DNA from: a virus
DNA: 64,000 nucleotides
IMG/VR virus record: IMGVR_UViG_3300024518_000034
Location: 128,309-192,308 of that record
Strand: one strand, 5' to 3'
Every line of letters begins with the position of its first letter. Position 1 is the stretch's first letter. Under the pieces are notes generated by a model. The model made no database searches. It was not told the origin of the DNA and saw only the letters and a program-made list of their open reading frames with translations. A program made the translations under genes and the position numbers. Below are positions 62,050-64,000 of this stretch, one piece after another.

Positions 62050-62253
62050 ATGGAATACACAGTCAATTGGAAGATGAGTATTGTTGCAGATAGTCCAAAA
62101 GAAGCAGCAGAGAAAGCTCTAAAAGTTCAACGTGACCCTGAGTCAATCGCTACATTCTTCACTGTTGAGAACCATCAGGCAATCTACAATGTAGATTTGT
62201 TGTATGATGTTCTAACTAAAGTTAAGACTAAAAAACAAATGAGAAAAAAGTAG
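62050..62253 (+). CDS. hypothetical protein
   Basis: EYTVNW...ADSPKEAAEKAL..QRDPES.ATFFTV motif. Confidence 0.6.
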   Translation: MEYTVNWKMSIVADSPKEAAEKALKVQRDPESIATFFTVENHQAIYNVDLLYDVLTKVKTKKQMRKK

Positions 62254-62687
62254 TAGCAAATTATAAGTCTGATTGGTATTCTAAGTGAAGTAAGGAGGAA
62301 ACATGGAAGTTACGACTCTCTGTAGCTCAGGTTGAGAAAGTTTTGGAGCTACTGGAAAAGTAGTAGCAAAACAGTAGTCTGTTTGGTACTCTAAATAGAA
62401 CAAACAACCAACCAAGGAGGTGGAAAAATGCATGATCTGGCAACTATCAATCGTCTGAACAAGGAACACTCTGACAGGTATTTCAAGAACAAGCGAGAGC
62501 AGCAAGTTAAGCTCCTTAACACTCTTACTAAGCGTAAGGATGAGGATGAGGAGGTGATCGAGGATCTCAAGCGAAAGTTAGGATACTAGCAGTAAATGTA
62601 GCATGGCGGTCTACGGGACCATTGAAGAAGGGAAGGCAAGCAATCGGTGCTACCTTCCCAGCTTCCTTTTAATAAAGGAGAGACAAT

Positions 62688-63062
62688 ATGGCTTATCTGG
62701 ATTTGAGTAAATGGCAGGCCAAGCAGCGCAGTGACAAGCAGTCGTTGTATTCTCGTAAGCAGAAGGCTCTCAAGCAGCAAGAGGACCGCAAGATTGCAGA
62801 GCGTAAGCGTAAGGCTGCGATTCGCAAGGCACGCTTGGAAAGTCGAGCGAAGGCTCGTTTGGAGCTTGGTGGGAAGTCTGCTATTGACCAGATTCAGGAT
62901 CGTGGCATGGCTGAGGCTCGCATTCGCAGGACTCTGGGTCGCTCCTTTGAAAGCACCAGCAATGGCTACAAGTTTCCCGGTGGGCTCACCAGCAAGCAGC
63001 GTTCAGCACTCAAGAAGCTCGGCTATCTTTATAAAAATGGTAGCTGGGGGAAGGTGGCGTAA
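62688..63062 (+). CDS. basic early protein
   Basis: RBS AAGGAG. Confidence 0.6.
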   Translation: MAYLDLSKWQAKQRSDKQSLYSRKQKALKQQEDRKIAERKRKAAIRKARLESRAKARLELGGKSAIDQIQDRGMAEARIRRTLGRSFESTSNGYKFPGGLTSKQRSALKKLGYLYKNGSWGKVA

Positions 63063-63291
63063 AGATGTCTAATCTTAAGGAAATGCGTAAATCTCTTAAA
63101 GAAACCCTCGCACGCTTCAATGATAATGGTGGGCGAGGGGTGTGGGACGCTGAAGAGATTGACACCTTGCGTCAACAAATCAAAGAAGAAGTTAATCGTC
63201 GCCGCAGAGAAAAAAGAAAAAATCAGTAGCAAGATGGACTCCAAGAGGGTATTCTAAGTGAAGTAAGAAACCTGACCTAAAGGAGAGAGAG

Positions 63292-63642
63292 ATGGACAAG
63301 ACACAAGAGTGGGCAATCCCTCAAGGGCTGAGTGAGAAGGGCAGGCACGTTGCACAAGTCATCGCTTCCTTTATCAAGAAAAAGGAAAAGGAAAGGTGGG
63401 GGCGAGAAGCTAGCACTGGTGGATGTCGCACATTCTACAGTCCTCAAGAGTGGGCTGCTCGTGGAGAGCCGTATGGAACTGGTTCACTATTGATCGTGGT
63501 CTACGATGGTGGCGATGTTAAACCATACTTCAATATGGATCATGGCTGGCATCGAGTTGAAGAAATGAATGATGAGCTTCGCAAGGTCGGTGTGTTTGCT
63601 GAACCCGCCACATGCTGGTATGGAAGCATTTACGAGATTTAG
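63292..63642 (+). CDS. hypothetical protein
   Basis: Promoter plus RBS AAGGAG. Confidence 0.7.
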   Translation: MDKTQEWAIPQGLSEKGRHVAQVIASFIKKKEKERWGREASTGGCRTFYSPQEWAARGEPYGTGSLLIVVYDGGDVKPYFNMDHGWHRVEEMNDELRKVGVFAEPATCWYGSIYEI

Positions 63643-63863
63643 TCAAGTCTCAGGAAATCAAGCGCACCATGTCCATTGTGAACAAGGTCCAAGTATTTCC
63701 TGAGTATTTTTTAGTAGCAAAAGACAAGAGTTGTTGGTACTCTAAATAGAACAAGCAGCGACACGGTGTTCAGGCATCGCATTCTCATAGCCTAAATCGG
63801 GTTCATTGATATGGGGATTGAAGAGGACGACTACGCCTCTTGGTGGGAAGCCACGCTGCAATA

Positions 63864-63904
63864 GGGGAGGTAGTTTACAGGTGAAAACCCTGTCCTCTCC
63901 ACCA
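63864..63904 (+). ncRNA. alanine-identity tRNA minihelix/TLD within a larger structured RNA
   Basis: GGGGAGG/CCTCTCC with G3-U70, A73, CCA, and T arm ACAGG-TGAAAAC-CCTGT. Confidence 0.55.
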
Positions 63905-64000
63905 CCAAGATTACCGAGAGTATATAATCGGTCACTGCGTCTTGTAGCGCATCACAACGGAATCATTCTGCAAGCGTTCGCATCGGGGCGCAGTCCAGCG

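Larger units (their letters stand above)
56903..63743 (+). promoter_or_regulatory. array of repeated early-type promoters, consensus TAGCA(A/T)-N17(ending GG)-TA(T/C)TCT-AAGT
   Basis: Copies at 56903, 57160, 58569, 59162, 59674, 60085, 61011, 61907, 62254, 62364, 63227 and 63715, all with 17-nt spacers. Confidence 0.85.

Noticed and set aside
1-64000. Alternative genetic code (TGA or TAG reassignment)
   Set aside because: Long conserved genes are intact under code 11, many end in TGA with ATGA overlaps or in TAG, and no clear suppressor tRNA was found. In-frame TGAs at 57668 and about 51170 are isolated.

Overview
A 64 kb segment of a large, AT-rich tailed bacteriophage genome, with essentially all credible genes on the + strand. 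In order: (1) a glycan-modification cluster (sulfotransferases, GT2, GT15, GT10, FkbM methyltransferase, sulfatase-like) interrupted by a duplicated-leader insertion (1-7.9 kb); (2) a Cas4-like nuclease and class II ribonucleotide reductase; (3) a head module (portal, two prohead-protease-like genes, scaffold-like, decoration, major capsid, neck) with GC-richer LamG and fibre genes (11.2-30.4 kb); (4) ParB-like gene and a DUF3150/Ycf46-AAA/NYN/DUF1257/DUF2997-type module containing a LAGLIDADG gene (30.6-36.6 kb); (5) a dense RNA-gene island (tRNAs, tmRNA, several tRNA-like and Y-RNA-like structures) next to groES and a Ro60/TROVE gene (36.7-43.3 kb); (6) large repeat proteins, more tRNAs, and a separate tail block with a tail-tube-like gene (43.7-56.7 kb); (7) an array of small early genes, most with their own copy of a conserved promoter (56.9-64 kb). 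The best candidate for an undescribed system is the phage Ro60 with a family of small structured RNAs: a circularly permuted tRNA-like YrlA-type RNA, two short twin RNAs sharing the same bulged helix, several tRNA-like RNAs lacking normal arms, and an alanine-identity minihelix ending in CCA. All protein family calls come from motif recognition by eye and all RNA folds from manual pairing. No database search or folding program was run.
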